The notes beneath the pieces are model-generated. The model saw only the letters and a list, made by a program, of their open reading frames with translations. It searched no databases and was not told the DNA's origin. The position numbers were made by a program, and so were the translations under genes. Shown in pieces: positions 61,545 through 64,000 of a stretch of 64,000 nucleotides of DNA (positions are counted from its first letter, which is position 1; each line of letters opens with the position of its first letter). The DNA comes from an uncultured Chloroflexia bacterium (GTDB taxonomy: Bacteria; Chloroflexota; Chloroflexia; QHBQ01; JADMIH01): assembly GCA_963797095.1 (NCBI GenBank), contig CAWCNY010000002.1, positions 96,001 through 160,000 of the forward strand. Direction: 5' to 3'.

Positions 61545-63575
61545 GTGAAGGTCGTGATACAGGGAGCGTGGCACGCACGCGGCTTGTGGCTAGGCCCGTG
61601 TGCGTGGCTGCTTGCCCTGGCAGGCACCCTCCTGTTGCCTGACGAGGCTGCACGGTGGTGGGGGGTGGCGCTTATCCTGTTGGGGTGTGGGGTGACGCTG
61701 GTGGCGTGGCGGAATGTGCCGGTGCCCTCCCCATTCGATGCCCCTTCGAGCCTTGAGCGCGCGTCTGATCGCTTCCAACTTCGCTTTCGGGGCTATGCGC
61801 CTTCGCTTGTGGGGTTTGGTGTGTCGGCCCTTCTGTCGTTCTTCGCCAGCGCCGCCTTTCTTGCCAATCCGAACGATACATTCGGGCTGGCCGGGTGGCT
61901 GTGGGTTGTGAGCATTGGCGCGCTGCTCATTTCGTGCTTGTTTTGGCCCAGTCCTGTTGTGCCGGACGCCACCGATATACCAGGCCGGTGGCCTGCGTGG
62001 GAGAAGGCCGTATTCGCGGGGTTGGTGGTGCTGGCGGCGATCCTGCGGCTGTGGAACTTGAATCAGTTTCCGTTCCAGATTTACGGCGATGAGATAGAAA
62101 CGGGCCGGTTCGCCACCGAGTCTTATTTACACCAGCCTGCGGGTCAACCAGGGCCTTCGATATTCAGCCTCCTATGGCCGACTATTGACTTGCCTGGACT
62201 GTGGTTTCTCACGGTGGCTCAATCTGTGCGGATTGGCGGCTTCACCCTGTGGTCGCTGCGCTTGCCTGCTGCGCTGTTCGGGACTGCAATCGCGGTGCCT
62301 TTCTACGGGTTTGTTCGTTCGGGTTGGGGGCGTGGGGCCGCGATAGCGGGCACGGCGATGTTTGCTTTCAGCGCGGTCGCGGTCCACTACAGCCGTGTTA
62401 CGCTCAATAACATTGTGACCCCCTTCTTCTGGACGGTATGCTTTCTGTTTCTCATACGCGGATTGCGGTCCCGCCGCCCGATTGATTGGGCGCTGGCAGG
62501 GCTTGCCGGGGGTTTGAGCGAATATGGCTATTACGGCACCCGATTGCTGCCTTTCATACTGCTCATCTTCTTCGCGTATCTGCTGATCGTCCACAGAAGG
62601 GTCGCGCTTGCATACCTGGGGCATTTCGGGTTGGTCGCGCTGGGCTATCTGGTGGCATTTGGGCCTCTCGCTGCCCGCTATGTGCTCAATCCGGGGCTGT
62701 ATACAGGCAGGTCGCAGGGCATGATGATCTGGGATCACTTTCCTACAAGCTGGGCAGACTTCCAGAATATGCTTGACGCTATCTGGCCGGTACTGGCGGA
62801 GAACCTGCTGGGTGTAAGCACACATCCTTCGCAGGAAGTGATATATTACGCGCCTTTTCTCTTTCCTGCCGAGGCGGCTCTACTTGCGCTGGGCGTGGTA
62901 TTGTTGTCGTGTCGATGGAAGCACCCGGCTTCGTTCCTGGCGTTGCTTGCTCTTGTGGGGGTCTTTTTCGTGGGTGGGACGCTGGTCGTGTACGGGCTGC
63001 CGCCCATCTTCGCTCACTGGATTCCAGCGCTGCCACTTTTCTACGTCGCGACCTCGGCCCCTATCGGTGCCTGGCTCACCGATCTGGCGAGTTTGCCTTC
63101 TCGCATTGCCGGTAGGGTGAAGGTGGCTGCGTTTGCCGCTGTTGGCGTGGGCCTCGTTGCGCTGGGGCTTTGGAACATCAACTTCTATTTCCGCGACTAC
63201 TATGCGGACTCCGGTATCGTGAAGCAGGACGTGTACAGGAACGCGGCGATGCTCCTGGAAACGCGAAGCGCGCAGGCTCGCTACCAGGGTGAGCTTGGTG
63301 GGAATTATGTTGTACGGTTTCTGGGAGACGGGATTTATCTTCAGAATCCCGACGTGCCATATTTTGCGCAAGGGCAGGATTACGGGTCTATAGCCGACCC
63401 TCAGTCTCAGTTGCCGATGACGCGCATTCCGGGCAAAGGGCTTGCATTCCTGCTTTTGCCTGGGAGCGAGCAATATCGCGATCTTGTACGGCGGTTATAT
63501 CCGGGGGGAGAGGATGGAGAAGTGCGGAGCAGAACCGGGCGGCATTTATTCTATATATATGTGCTCGCGCCTTAG
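61545..63575 (+). CDS. ArnT/PMT-like GT-C glycosyltransferase
   Basis: LRLWNL..FP...YGDE, SLRLPAALFG, HYSR, Y.YYGTR; many TM helices; start uncertain. Confidence 0.82.
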   Translation: MKVVIQGAWHARGLWLGPCAWLLALAGTLLLPDEAARWWGVALILLGCGVTLVAWRNVPVPSPFDAPSSLERASDRFQLRFRGYAPSLVGFGVSALLSFFASAAFLANPNDTFGLAGWLWVVSIGALLISCLFWPSPVVPDATDIPGRWPAWEKAVFAGLVVLAAILRLWNLNQFPFQIYGDEIETGRFATESYLHQPAGQPGPSIFSLLWPTIDLPGLWFLTVAQSVRIGGFTLWSLRLPAALFGTAIAVPFYGFVRSGWGRGAAIAGTAMFAFSAVAVHYSRVTLNNIVTPFFWTVCFLFLIRGLRSRRPIDWALAGLAGGLSEYGYYGTRLLPFILLIFFAYLLIVHRRVALAYLGHFGLVALGYLVAFGPLAARYVLNPGLYTGRSQGMMIWDHFPTSWADFQNMLDAIWPVLAENLLGVSTHPSQEVIYYAPFLFPAEAALLALGVVLLSCRWKHPASFLALLALVGVFFVGGTLVVYGLPPIFAHWIPALPLFYVATSAPIGAWLTDLASLPSRIAGRVKVAAFAAVGVGLVALGLWNINFYFRDYYADSGIVKQDVYRNAAMLLETRSAQARYQGELGGNYVVRFLGDGIYLQNPDVPYFAQGQDYGSIADPQSQLPMTRIPGKGLAFLLLPGSEQYRDLVRRLYPGGEDGEVRSRTGRHLFYIYVLAP

Positions 63576-63907
63576 GGTATTTCGCCTTTGTGGATAGGGT
63601 AATACCGCATTGGCATGAGATGGCGGCTCCGCAACTCATAGAGTTAACCAGTTCATAGTCACACTGGTTAACCAGCCCATCTGGATAGTATTCCCTATTT
63701 CTGGTGATGTGTATCCATGCGCCCGCGGGCATAATAGCGCCAGGGTTGCAATGTGCCAATGGTGAGAAGCTGCTGATTTTATTCTTTTGCAGCGGGTTGC
63801 TGTTGGCCGCCTCACGTCAGGTTGATGCACCGGTCTTATCTTATTTGTATGTCCGTGATCGCGCTCCAGTCGGACCCGGATTCCCAAGAACACAAAGGAG
63901 AGACGTG

Positions 63908-64000
63908 ATGAGAACCAGAAGCACTAATCATATTCTCAGACGTGATTTATTGTGGGCGATGCTGCTGGCGCTGCTCTGCGCAGGTGTGGCTGTTGGCGCT
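63908..64000 (+). CDS. Start of a secreted protein (truncated by window end)
   Basis: AAGGAG SD; MRTRSTNHILRRDLLWAMLLALLCAGVAVGA resembles a signal peptide. Confidence 0.5.
   Translation, partial: MRTRSTNHILRRDLLWAMLLALLCAGVAVGA

Overview
GC-rich bacterial chromosome segment. The gene content (Cys-rich CGGPGEPC SLH modules, USP-GpgS fusion, zf-trcl/CxxC-x17-CxxC protein, heptamer tandem repeats) suggests Chloroflexota; this assignment is inference. The window holds housekeeping genes (RpoD-like sigma factor, pyrC, fabZ, accDA, asnS, moaDE, ppk2), a compatible-solute/glucan block (gpgS, treS, fused otsAB, GH57), GT-C glycosyltransferases, four secreted SLH proteins sharing a homogenised C-terminal module, two orphan DNA methyltransferases, a PIN/RHH pair, a heterodimeric ABC exporter and a Ser/Thr kinase. 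Most notable non-coding signals: (1) a 37-bp repeat / 35-bp spacer / 37-bp repeat inside a dead transposase, resembling off-target Cas1-Cas2 spacer integration; (2) stacked mobile elements at one AGTACT site, including a transposase-less IR-bounded element carrying an oxidoreductase; (3) three GAGGCATGGTCATAA-ended MITEs with target duplications; (4) a conserved ~70-90-bp dispersed promoter-like element in three copies. No rRNA, tRNA, cas or phage genes were recognised. All calls come from motif reading, with no database search.
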